Origin: Octopus sinensis
Lineage: Eukaryota
DNA: 64,000 bases
Direction of reading: 5' to 3'
Assembly (NCBI RefSeq): GCF_006345805.1
Contig: NC_043001.1
Span: 12,152,001 to 12,216,000, forward strand
Within the stretch, counting starts at the first letter, position 1, and each line of letters opens with the position of its first letter. The translations under genes were made by a program, and so were the position numbers. Shown one piece after another: positions 27,026 to 39,255 of this stretch. Below the pieces are notes generated by a model. It saw only the letters and a list, made by a program, of their open reading frames with translations. It searched no databases and was not told the DNA's origin.

Positions 27026-27410
27026 AAACACTTTTAAACTTCGTATACTGGTAGTGTGTTACATAAAACATCTTTTTCGCTTGGCTTTCTTGAGAAAATT
27101 CTATAGTTTTTAAGCAATTCCTTGTTTAATTTCTTGCATTTGGGCAATTTCAACCAAACAATGACGTCTATTGAGGTGAATGCAATTTCTGCCGTATTTT
27201 GTCAACAACATTTTCTGGCGGTGTCATATCAAATTTTTCACTGACAGTTATGAGAAAAAAGAAACCCTGTGGCCATAAACTGAGGGGTCACTCGTATACA
27301 GAGCTGGATAACAAAACCATTCCCTCTTTAGTGTCCACCCATAATTATGACCCTAGTATCAATCTATTGCATTTCAATCTGTTTTAGGGTTAGAGTTAGG
27401 GTTAGGTTTA
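27026..27410 (-). mobile_element. Relative of the 11149-11570 repeat, carrying TTAGGG-like units
   Basis: aaacttcgtatactggtag...ttggctttcttgagaaaattc...caatgacgtctattgag is the reverse complement of about 11365-11510; ttagggttagagttagggttagg at about 27384-27406. Confidence 0.7.
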
Positions 27411-28419
27411 CGAAGTTTAAAAGTGTTTGGTTACAAAGAAATTATTTTAAAAATCTGCCGGTCAAAGTGAAAAGATCTCTCAAATATTTCCATTCCCCAC
27501 CCCCATCTGCATTCTCTTGCCATGCAAACATGTAAATCGGGCAGTGAAAGTAGATAACTAATTCTTATAGAGATGACAGCATTCTACAAATAGTTTAGCA
27601 AAGTTCTTTTTCTTATTTTATCCGTAACTAGCAATGGCGGAACCTAGAGAAATTGTTATTGCTAACGGCAAAACATATTTTCTTCAAATATACTCGCGAA
27701 ATCAACTGTTTAGTACTACTGACACACAAAGTTAATCATCGATTCATTACAAAGTACATCCAGGCAATTTCCGCCGCTACCATAGGTTAGAGTACATACT
27801 TAATGACAATGTATAACTGAACGTTAGCAATATTTACAATGAAAAGAACACATTATTCATTGACAGCGTTCTATTGCACAGATTAAAGGCGACATTAAAA
27901 CCTGTTTCAGTTAATATAACTATTTTCTTTTCAAGTCTTTCCGCTTGATTCCTTGCCTGTAATGGTTGTTTTAATAACTTAATCCTAACTCAAGCAGACT
28001 AATTAAAAATACATCAATCCTTTAAACCGTACACAAAAGCGATAAATCAGAATAAAAAAAAAAATATCAAAGATAAAAGAATTATTGCAGTGATGTCTGC
28101 AGCTATGTCAAATCAATATTTCAATATGTGTGGTGGTTATCAAAGTGAAAGTAGTAAGTTTGTTTCCTTTATGAGATTGTGATGCGTCTACAGTTACTGA
28201 TTGGACATGCTGTTTGTTTCATTGACTGCGCTAATGAGATTGCTACTTCATTCACGTGGTTAAAGAGTGGTCAATGTTTATCAGATTTACGTCCGTATGA
28301 ACACATATTTCCTTTGACCTCTGCTGTTTTATACATCCCCCCCCCACATATGAATCCTATATAAATGACTCAAAGCGAATAACAATATCCGTAACAATAT
28401 ATAGTATCATAGCTCATAG

Positions 28420-28649
28420 GCGGTGAGCTGGCAGAAACGTTAGCACGCCGGGCGAAATGCTTAGTGGTATTTCGTCTGCCGTTATGTTCTGAGTTCAAAT
28501 TCCGCCGAGATTGACTTTGCCTTTCATTCTTTCGGGGTCGATAAATTAAGTACCAGTTATGCACTGGGATCGGTGTAACCGGCTTAATCCGTTTGTCTGT
28601 CCTTGTTTGTCTCCTCTATATTTAGCCCCTTGTGGGTAATAAAGAAACA
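28420..28649 (+). mobile_element. SINE family B with 24-bp TSD
   Basis: TSD aatatatagtatcatagctcatag (28396-28419) / aatatatagtatcatagttcatag (28650-28673). Confidence 0.9.
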
Positions 28650-29054
28650 AATATATAGTATCATAGTTCATAGTTTAACCAGTAGCACGAATCGGAACAA
28701 TTCATATCCAAGCACCGCAAAAGAGAAAAAAAATATACTCTACGTAACGTACTCCGACATATATTTAAAAAACATTATGGAAAAAGCCAGAATAGCAAGT
28801 CTTTCATCAAACTTTACTTGATTACAGCTAAATTGTAGTGAACCTCCATGTTGGTTAGGATGTATAAAATGCTGGAAATAGCAGGAAATAAAGGGAAACA
28901 TACGTAATATAATCCTATATACAAATGAAAAGACGGGAAGTTCAATCCCTTTCTTTCCGTCCTTCACCGGTCTAGCAATCTCCTTATTTAAATTTTACTT
29001 AGTTAAGCAACATACAATAAAAAAAGGTTTACACAAAATGTAATAGAGCACTCA

Positions 29055-29810
29055 TTCAAATTCCGCCGAGATGCACTTTACCGTTCATCATTTCGGGGTC
29101 GATAACGTAAGTACCAGTTGCGTGCTGGCGTCGATGTAATCGACTGGCACCCTCCTTAAAAATTCCGGTCTTTGGGCCTAGAGTAGAAAAGTAAGGAGGC
29201 AAGCTGGCAGAAATGTTAGAACGCCGAGCGAAATGCTTAGCAGTATTTCGTCTGCCGCTACGTTCTGAGTTCGAATTAAACCGATGTCGACTTTGCCTTT
29301 CATACTTTCGGGGTCGATTAAATATGTGCCAATTACGCACTGGGGTCGATGTAATCGACTTCGTCCGTTTGCCTGTCCTTGTTTGTCGTCTCTGTGTTTA
29401 GCCCCTTGTGGGTAGTAAAGAAATTGATATTTCGTCTGCCGTTACGTTTTGAGTTCAAATTCCGCCGACGTCGACTTTGCCTTTCATACTTTCGGGGTCG
29501 ATTAAATATGTGCCAATTACGCACTGAGATCGATATAATCGACTTAATCCGTTTGTCTGTCCTTGTTTGTCCCCACAGTGTGTAGCCCCTAGTGAGCAGT
29601 AAAGATATAAGAAACGTTAACACGCTGGGAAAATGTTTAGCGTTATTTCGTTTGTCTTTACGTTCTGAGTTCAAATTTCGTCGAGGTCGATTTTGCTTTT
29701 CATCCTTTCGGGGTCGATAAAGTATGTACCAGTTACGTATTAGGGTCGATCTAATCGACTGTCTCCCTTCTCCACAATTTTGGGCCTTGTGTCTAGAAGA
29801 GAAAAGGATA
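29055..29810 (+). mobile_element. Cluster/multimer of SINE family B units
   Basis: Four body units with tail 1 and tail 2 variants in direct orientation. Confidence 0.85.
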
Positions 29811-29884
29811 TATTATTCATTCACTGTTAGATATATGCACGAGTGAATATCCGATCGTTGTTGTTACTCGCTATAGAATAGCAT

Positions 29885-30466
29885 TGTAACGGCAGTGAAT
29901 ATCTTCTCTGCACTTTTTGGGTGCATTTGGTGCAATCACTTTTCGTTGCTTTAATATCCAGATTCCACCAGTCAGAAACAACAAGACGCAGACGTAAAAA
30001 ATATATATCTACTTTATTCTCTTATGACAGTAACAAATAAGTGGTGTATCTGGTATCCCTTTGGTATGGATGTGTCAGAGCTGAACTTTATCGCCTGTAA
30101 GAGTTGACAATGTTCAAATGCAAACGACACTGGTCAAAAATGGCGTCCGGAGAGAGAAGATGATGTGGTCGCAACAAATGTCAGGGGGAAACGAAGATAA
30201 TACGCGTCTTCTTCTATGAAAAGCCTGACTGCTGCTATCAAATCCGGACAGAGAGAGAGAACTACACGTCTTGTACCTTCGATAGCTGTGTCTCAAGTCA
30301 CTGCCTACTGGACGCTGGTGGTCAACGTCCTACGCTCCCCTTGCCTCGCGGTTAAACTGCCACGTAGGCAAATGGTCCTTCTTCCGGTGGTGAAAGCACC
30401 AACTCCGCACGCGCGAAACAGAAATGGACGGTGCGCGAGCGCGCACCGTTATATAGGATCACTACA
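29885..30466 (-). mobile_element. Solo LTR (Gypsy-like by 4-bp TSD)
   Basis: Termini TGTA...TACA and TSD GCAT at 29881-29884 and 30467-30470. AATAAA on minus (30013-30018); more GC-rich than the flanks. Confidence 0.7.
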
Positions 30467-31084
30467 GCATCTTCCGTAAATCGAAGTGTTCAATTACACA
30501 GACGATTCACAAGTGTAAGGAGTCTTCATGACTGAATCGAATGTCAACCATGTGTCGTTTCTGTTGACGTTATCCTGCCGGTTATTTGACTCTCGCAAGT
30601 GCGCAAGCGGTTTTTTACAGGTATCAACAAACAGAGAATCTGAGAGGCGTGCAGGTGATAGCGAAACTGATTCCCGTTAATGCGGTACAGATCGGAGAAA
30701 CACCTCTCTTCCATGGGGGAGGTGTTAAACAATCCTCAATGAGATACTCTCTTTCGAAACTGCTAGAATATATTTACAAAATACATAACAATATAGAGAT
30801 GATATTGTTTGGATTCTCACTGTGCTCTGTTCACAACTCTATTTGTCAGGCATTACCATACATCAGCAAGTATTTTCTGTACCGATTCTGATAATTAAAT
30901 AATCTTAATCTACAGATTTTGCCTCTTTGTAATTACGGTGTTCTTCATTCCTAGAACATTATCTTGGATGTGCCTTAAATTTCTTGTAAAATTGTAACGC
31001 TGTCATGCAATTTAACCTATTGACGCATACTATCGCTGCCATTGGTTCATATTTTTGATAACGTTTCATCATAGTATGGTGTTT

Positions 31085-31468
31085 GGAAGCACTCCGTCGG
31101 TTACGACGATGAGGGTTCCGGTTGATCCGAATCAACGGAACAGCCTGCTCGTGAAATTAACGTATAAGTGGCTGAGCACTCCACACACACGTGTACCCTT
31201 AACGTAGTTCTCGGGGATATTCAGCGTGACACAGAGAGTGACAAGGCCGGCCCCTTGAAATACAGGTACAACAGAAACAGGAAGTAAGAGTGAGAGAAAG
31301 TTGTGGTGAAAGAGTACAGCAGGGATCACCACCATCCCCTGCTGGAGCCTCGTGGAGCTTTAGGTGTGTTCGCTCAATAAACACTCACAACGCCCTGTCT
31401 GGGAATCGTAACCGCGATCCTATGACCGCGAGTCCGCTGCCGTAACCACTGGGCCATTGCGCCTCCAC
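31085..31468 (-). mobile_element. SINE family C with 12-bp TSD
   Basis: tRNA-like head; TSD agtatggtgttt at 31073-31084 and 31469-31480. Confidence 0.92.
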
Positions 31469-32530
31469 AGTATGGTGTTTAGGACAACGATGGCTAACAA
31501 GGATGGCGTGGTTTATGGAAATATGACACAAATTTATATACACAATAATCACAACCACACATTTAAAATATGGTTTTTGCATATTTTCACATGTATTTTA
31601 TTTGAGCTAACCCCTTTTTATATAAAATTGTTTTAAAAGTATGTTCACCAAAACTGACGTTAACTCATCCATTAATTTATTTGAAAAGCAACGTAAAGTC
31701 GAACAAATGTAACTGGAAACGACATTATTCGAGGTATAGTATTAGCATTGTAAACAAAAGGACTGAAAAAAGGATGGCATAAAAAATGAAGGAAGCCATT
31801 TCTGTTGTGCAACATTCTGCCTTTGTGTAAAGAATTTTACAGTTATCTTACATCATTACCTGGAATTGAAATTCTAAAGAAGGCACATTTTTGTGTGTGC
31901 GTGTTTCAATGCGTAGAAAAGCTTCGACCTGCTTCGTTTGAATGTCATTGCTCTCTGATACAGCGATATGTTTTTACATGATACATTTTAAGTGAGTAAA
32001 TATGGAAGAGCCATATTCACTTGCTGAAACACATATATTATTTATATTATTTTATAGTATGTTTTTTTAATCTTTTGTCTGGTTTCAGTAATTGGACTGT
32101 AGTCATCATGGTATACCGCATGAAGAGCTTAGTCGAACAAATCGGCATTAGTTTGTAGCTTTTAAAGCCTGGTATATATTCTATATTTCTTTATTATGAT
32201 TATACAATCGTTACATAGAAGGACAAATACAGGACATACATGCAAAAAACAGTTAAGAGGTTCGATTAAAAATTTTCCATAACATTTGGATTATTCATTA
32301 TAAAAATTCGTCTGTAAATTGTCCTTTACGTGACCAATAGAATAATATAACATTTCATAAACTTTCGATCTTACCGAAGTTTTAAACCCCGGCAATTTAT
32401 AAGGCCCCTCAGCTTTTGTTTCCTCTCCTCCCTCCATAGTTAAGCTGGGTTTCTGACACCCACCTTTTTTTCCACTTCCTTCCATCTTTTCTCATACACG
32501 ACAGATGAGGAACTGGAACAGGCAATTGCA

Positions 32531-33886
32531 ATGAAGCTGATGGAAGGAAGGGCTGGAGTTTTCGAGTCTTTATCAGACTTGTCTACGTCTGAGAAGGAGC
32601 TGGAAATGGCAGCGAGGAAATTGGAAGAGAGACTGGGTTATACCTGTGCCGGTGTAACCAAGAAGGCGGAAGAGAAGGGGGTCGACTTGGCCAAGTTGCC
32701 AAGTTGCCAGAAATACATGAAAAAGTAAAGCGGTGAGGTGGAACTATCACCGACACCCAGGAGAAAAGAATGGTATCATGGGGGGACCATTATTTGCAGG
32801 GTGTTCGCAAACGAAGGAAAGAGGGTGGAAGTTGTTACCATGGAGTGGATAGGGGAGGCCCTGCGAGGAACTGAGGAGGAAATTAATTTTCTGACTCGAG
32901 GATCCAAGTGGGGTGCCGTAGTTGTGCATTTTAAAAGTGAGTCTGCAGCGAGGAAGATGGCGGCGAAGGCGGTGAAGTCAGAAAAGGTAACACTGTTACC
33001 TACGTATTTAAACAGAAGGATTACACGAATAAGGGTGGAGGGAGTGCCACCAAACGTGGAGGCAGAGTGGATTGTGGCGGCTGTGATCAGCGGCCACGAG
33101 GAGGAAGTGGATATTCTCCATGCCTCGGTTAAGTCCGAGGGCTGGAGAGGCGTAACAGTGGAGCTGAACGTGCAGGCGGAGAACGAGGTACTGGTGGACC
33201 TGGCGGAAAGCATCAGATTGGGAGACGTGATCATGAGAGTGTGGGTGGAGGGCAGAGCTCCACGTTGTTACAAGTGTGGCCTGAGGGGTCACATAAGAGC
33301 CTTCTGCCCTCCCCCAGGGAAAGAAATGGATTCCGAACCACAGAGAGAGAAGCAGAAACCAGAGGAGAAGGAGACAGTAGAAGAGGAAGAGAATACACAG
33401 AAATGGAAGGAAGCTGGAAATAAGAGGAAGAGAAGAATACGAGGAAAAGAAAACATGGAACACCAATCTACCCCAAAACCACCCACACCCTCTGAGTCCC
33501 ACCCTATCCATGCAGACATTGAACCCACCCGCTCCCCCCCAACAAGAAAACAAAAGAAAAAAAATAATACACACACACAAGAGATTGAATTCGATATCAG
33601 GCCGTACATTTGTACTATGACTGAACAGAAAGAAGTTAAAAGTCTAATGGAAGAGTATAAATGGTACGAAGTTGGTGAGACTCGGTATGCTGTGATTGAA
33701 AAGAAGAACATAGATGAGTTTATGGTGAGGTGTGAAAGGGAGAATTGGGAGGTGAAGGATATAAGAATGAGCGATGAATTCGTGGAAAATATGGATGAGT
33801 ATTTCGGAGTAAGAATGGATATGGAATTTATTCGTATTGGCAAAGAACATTCAAGTGACGATGAAAAACAAAGGACAGGTAAGTGA
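32531..33886 (+). pseudogene. Non-LTR retrotransposon ORF1/gag-like protein with CCHC zinc knuckle (one in-frame stop at 32726-32728)
   Basis: ORFs 32531-32728 and 32738-33886 are in the same frame. The protein has an RRM-like segment (RIRVEGVPPNVEAEWI), VWVEGRAPR-CYKCGLRGHIRAFC (CX2CX4HX4C, 33266-33307), then a basic/Pro-rich region, as in L1/Tx1-group ORF1s. Confidence 0.8.
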
Positions 33887-34579
33887 TGCTGACGGATGGG
33901 GCCGTTGGTATCGCTTTCATACTATCATTTTCTTTCACTTAACAATTCATTTTTCATAAATTTTAATTATAATGTTCTATGTCCCCATGTCTTGTGGTGT
34001 CCCCCTCTGTGTCGCCCCCTGGTGGGTAATAAAGAATCACAAATCCTAACATTGGGCTAACTGCTTAGGCTATCGATCATCGAACTAGGATCATCAAATC
34101 AAGCGCTGATCTATCTGGGAATCGAACTCATAATATGAAGAACTAAATATAATAGTAAAAATCGCTTGTTGCTTCTCTCTAAATATTGTATCATCTTCGA
34201 TATTTTCTGGATATTAAGTTGCTGCGAAGCATGAAATTGAATAGAATTTCATTTACTTTTTTTCGTCTTTAATTATACGTTATACGTATATTCAGTAGAT
34301 TTCTAGTTTACACGTCTTCGCTAACATTTATAAATATCCACGTTGAAGTTAATATAATATTTTACGATGTTGATGTCGCAACAAATTTCCTCCTGTCAGC
34401 CTATAATTATTTCTTTGATATTGATTTTTTTGTAGCGTCTTGGATTCTAGACTTATTCCACGCTATCTCACAACCTGCCACGCAAACCGAAATATTTGAA
34501 AAAAAAACTTCAGTAGCAAAAATATTAGGTCAGACGCAAATATGGTGTTTAAATCACCACTAAATCTTATAACCATTCA

Positions 34580-34608
34580 CACACACACACATAGACAGAC
34601 AGACAGAC

Positions 34609-34673
<65 letters not shown>

Positions 34674-34675
34674 TA
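34580..34675. repeat. (CA)n-(GACA)n-(GATA)n microsatellite
   Basis: Direct reading. Confidence 0.9.
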
Positions 34676-35356
34676 GAGTGTATATATAGAAGCAAAATTG
34701 TGATTAGTTAAAATGTTTACGACATACTTAAACTGTTAAAATGCAAATTCACTTCATTTATCCTGGAGAAAATGTCTCTTATGATAAAAAGCTGTGAAAA
34801 CACCCGGCCTTTTCCTTGTTGCCATCTACTAGGAATCCCAGACATCGATGTTTGGAGTTTTATTAATCTTGTCAATAGGATGTACCTAAGAAAGGTAACT
34901 CTGAATAAACTTGTAATACAATAGCTTTATGTAAAGCCCAGTCAGCAACGTTGCCTGATTAGCACAGGCAGATTGCCCGGTCGAGAAAGGAAAGATCCAA
35001 GGAAGGGAAGACGGCGGGAAAAAAATCACCAACGATTCACACGCGGTCACATTTTGAATATATATAAACATTGTCTGGAATCAGCCGAATTGAGCCTACC
35101 TACGTATGAGGCTATTACAAAAATCCGGAATTGAGCGATCAGCATGGCTATACCTTGAACACTACTTCCGAACGATTACGGTCACTGTTAGTTTGTATGT
35201 ATACAATTACGTGCGTTAAGTGCAGCATTGTAACCTTTTAGCTTTTATTTTCTATCACTCAATGTGTTTGGAACACCCTTAGTCATATTTAATGACAAAT
35301 GACAGTTATGACTTTCCTTTTTGGTAAAACATTGTATACAGATGCCTTTATCAATT

Positions 35357-35413
<57 letters not shown>

Positions 35414-35627
35414 GTATAATGAGAAATAGAAAGTCCTTGCTACTGTATTGAATATTTGAAAAAATTAATAGTAATGATTTTTCTAATCATTTTTCCACTT
35501 TGATAATTAGATATATCTGTTTAATTACTTAAGACATCTAAAACTTAAAGTGCAATAAAAGCCATTTCTATTCATTATTTCAATTATTATGTTTCTCTGT
35601 GTGCGTGTGTGTGTGCGTGTGCGCGTG

Positions 35628-35678
<51 letters not shown>

Positions 35679-36323
35679 CTGTTACATCTCTGTTTCACAG
35701 CAGATTTCTTGAGGAACTGGGTCCCAACTCCTAAATGTGGAAAGAAATTCTTTGCACTCACCTAAGTGCAACCACAATGGAATACTACTTCTTTATCTGC
35801 GAGGTGATTGCTCTCACGGACAGCGACACTCTCCACCACGCCGATTGATTTTACCCTCTAACACAAGGGCATTCTATTATCTCCTTCACTCACTTCATTC
35901 TCTTCTAACATAGTCTCTAATATTTACTTTTGTCTAGTGGCCGACAATCCTTACTCAAGCAGCCTCTTCACATTAGTCACACTGCATTTGTTCAGCAACT
36001 GTAATAGTCCACTATCACCGCCCTCCACATTTAGTTTCGTCTACACCTAGAATATCATATCAGCCTTCTGAAATTCCGATAAGATCATTCTGTTCCTCCA
36101 TTTCAACTATTATATCAGAGCTCAACTAGCGCAGAGAAATAACTTACCGCTCACACAAAAGAATAAAATATTTAACACTTGGTATCTTTGATCGAAAGAT
36201 TTCAAAATTTTTTAATTGAAACTCGCAACAATAAACGACATATCATAGTGCTTGTTTGTGAGTGTATGTGTGTGTTAGTCGGTACACATATTTTGTTTCC
36301 ATAATCAGATTATATTACCATGT

Positions 36324-36712
36324 GTGGAGGCGCAATGGCCCAGTGGTTAGGGCAGCGGACTCGCGGTCGTAGGATCGCGGTTTCGATTCCCAGACCGGGC
36401 TTTGTGAGTGTTTATTGAGCGAAAACACCTAAAAAGCTCCACGAGGCTCCGGCAGGGCGTGGTGGTGATCCCTGCTGTACTCTTTCACCACAACTTTCTC
36501 TCACTCTTACTTCCTGTTTCTGTTGTGCCTGTATTTCAAAGGGCCGGCCTTGTCACTCTCTGTGTCACGTTGAATATCCCCGAGAACTACGTTAAGGGTA
36601 CACGTGTCTGTGGAGTGCTCAGCCACTTGCACGTTAATTTCACGAGCAGGCTGTTCCGTTGATCGGATCAACCGGAACCCTCGTCGTCGTAACCGACGGA
36701 GTGCTTCCATCC
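36324..36712 (+). mobile_element. SINE family C with 12-bp TSD
   Basis: TSD atattaccatgt at 36312-36323 and 36713-36724. Confidence 0.92.
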
Positions 36713-37876
36713 ATATTACCATGTCTTTTTCCATAAATACTCACCAATATTGTTTTGTTGTGTTTGAAGCATAATTCTGCGTCAAATACTTCTGTTGTGC
36801 AAGCAGGATATATTTTCAGTGTTTATATTTATGTAGATACATCTCACAAAGCACATAAGATCATAAAAGCGAGGAAATTCTTAACGAAATTCTTCATGCA
36901 ACAATTTTAATTTATTCTATCTGTAAATGCTCTCAGAGGGGCATTATCATATTTCGTAATATTCTGTTTTACGGAAGCTTCAAAATTTGTCTTTTTTCAT
37001 ATTTTCTGACTGCGCCGCAAATATATGAATGAATAGTAAAAACAGTTAACAACCTCCTTTATGAAAATCTTTCATCGTTGTACTTTTTTGTAACAGTAAT
37101 TTCATATTTACAACAGAGCAATATGCAGGGAAACCTGTTCAGAATGTTTGACTCTATGGAAATTGCCAAGTTTCTTCTTATTCCGTCGATTTCGCATTAC
37201 TTAGAATGCGTTTTTCTTGAAAGTTTCTTATCGTGGAAAGGTGAACACACGATTATGGGGAGGGGGTATGGAAAGGAAGTTGAAGACGACGACGACGACG
37301 ATGGTGGTGATGATGAGAGTAATAATAGAATGACAGGCTGTGATAAAAGATAAGAATCACTAGATTTTATGGTTTTTCTCCCATAGACACTAACCATATT
37401 ATCGAAGGAAGAAAATCAGATATGGAGAAGAGAAAAAAAGAATAAAAAACTGTCATATCACGATAACAGAATGGATGTATAACGTCATTTTTTCTATGCT
37501 CTAAGGATTCTCTCGGTTTCTCAATATAATAATAATAACAACAACAACAACAACAACAACAATAATAATCATAATAGTAAAATTAATAATGCGACACATC
37601 TTGACACTCACACTAATAATAACAGTAATGGTTTCACATTTTAGCAATTTCGGGGAAGTGGGGTGTGCTAATCGATTATATCTGTATCAGGGCGCAAATG
37701 ACACTTGCTTTATCAACCCCGAAAGGATAAATGGTAAACTCAACGTAGCCGGAATCTGAAATCAGAACTTTAAAAAAACCGATAAAATACCGCCAGAGAA
37801 TTTCGTCCAGCTTATATTGCTCTCCTTAGATTGTCATATCTTTTCTCGTATTCTTTCTATGTCAGCATCCTTCTTT

Positions 37877-37930
<54 letters not shown>

Positions 37931-38078
37931 TTACTACTACTACTACTACTACTACTACTATACTACTATACTACTACTACTACTACTACTACTACTATTA
38001 CTACTACTACTACTACTACTATTACTACTACTACTACTATTACTACTACTACTACTATTACTATTACTACTACTACTA

Positions 38079-38158
<80 letters not shown>

Positions 38159-38159
38159 T

Positions 38160-38242
<83 letters not shown>

Positions 38243-38332
38243 TTACTACTACTACTACTACTACTCTACTACTACTACTATTACTACACTACTACTACTA
38301 CTAACTACTACTACTACTATTACTACTACTAT

Positions 38333-38373
<41 letters not shown>

Positions 38374-38398
38374 ATACTAATAATAATAATAATAATAA
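37877..38398. repeat. (CTA)n then (TAA)n microsatellite
   Basis: Direct reading; about 500 bp. Confidence 0.95.
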
Positions 38399-38417
38399 AT
38401 ATACTTATAATAATTGC

Positions 38418-38715
38418 CTTAAAACTTGAAATAGGAAGACTTTGGAAGATGGGAGCAGTAAAGGCCGTGTCTATAATAATTGGTGCGTTGGCAACAGTAG
38501 CCAAAGGCATAGACAAATGGCCGAAGGAGACTGAAATAGAATGCACGGTGGAGGACCTAAAGAACGTTCGTCTTTTAGCGACAGCAAGGATTATGAGGAG
38601 GATCTTTAGCACTTACTTAAAACACAGCAGAAAACCTGTGGATACCTACGTTAGGAATAATAACCTGAAATCCATATACATCTTACCAGAAAGAAGATCG
38701 AACAAGAGCTGAACC

Positions 38716-38717
<2 letters not shown>
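38418..38717 (+). mobile_element. Dong/R4-like RLE non-LTR 3' fragment
   Basis: LKLEIGRLWKMGAVKAVSIIIGALATVAKGIDKW...LKNVRLLATARIMRRIF matches the C-terminal RLE region (EI.RLW..V.PIVIGALG...LQK..LLGTA.ILR). Followed by a (TAA)n tail. Confidence 0.8.
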
Positions 38718-38770
<53 letters not shown>

Positions 38771-38833
38771 TAATAATAATTTTAATAATAATAATTCTTA
38801 TTCATCTTCTTTTTCTTCTTCTTCTTCTTCCTC

Positions 38834-38865
<32 letters not shown>

Positions 38866-38986
38866 GAGTGAGAAAGCAGTGCTTTTCATCAAAGTGACAC
38901 TGGGGTAAAATAGCCTCCAGGGACGAATTTAGCCATGTAAACGCACCTCTCTTTGTACTACTTGTGGGCAATTATTATTATCATTA

Positions 38987-39027
<41 letters not shown>

Positions 39028-39080
39028 GTTATTGTTGTTGTTGTTTTTGTTTTTCTTCTTGTTTTTGTTATTATTATTTT

Positions 39081-39255
39081 ATTGCCTTTGCACAGCTTCT
39101 AATGCTGAAGATGTATTACAGTGTCAGCTGTTCACTACCAGTGAACTCAGGTAACATCCCTTATCTTTCAAGCACCATCCAAATATTGGAGCTTTTCCAA
39201 GCATTGCTGTTTTCTCAAATTCAATGGCAGATAATTCAAATGAAACCTATATCAA
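39081..39255 (-). mobile_element. Another Dong/R4-like 3' fragment
   Basis: Minus strand encodes KTAMLGKAPI, a decayed KTALLGTARI, then a 3' UTR ending gtgcaaaggc followed by (TAA)n. Confidence 0.5.

Noticed and set aside
31385-31468. tRNA genes at SINE heads (also 36324, 52300, 9522)
   Set aside because: A/B-box-like heads continue into SINE bodies with TSDs; no complete cloverleaf with a paired acceptor stem.
34930-35100. Promoter-like patch (GC-richer, TATATAAA near 35060)
   Set aside because: No downstream exon or ORF that I can support; TATA-like words are ubiquitous in this genome.
35700-36100. Faint CR1-type RT remnants on minus (EFQKA, VPQ); similar RTE-like remnant at about 39380-39500 (DFKDTFD)
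   Set aside because: The motifs are too short and degraded to call without a profile search.
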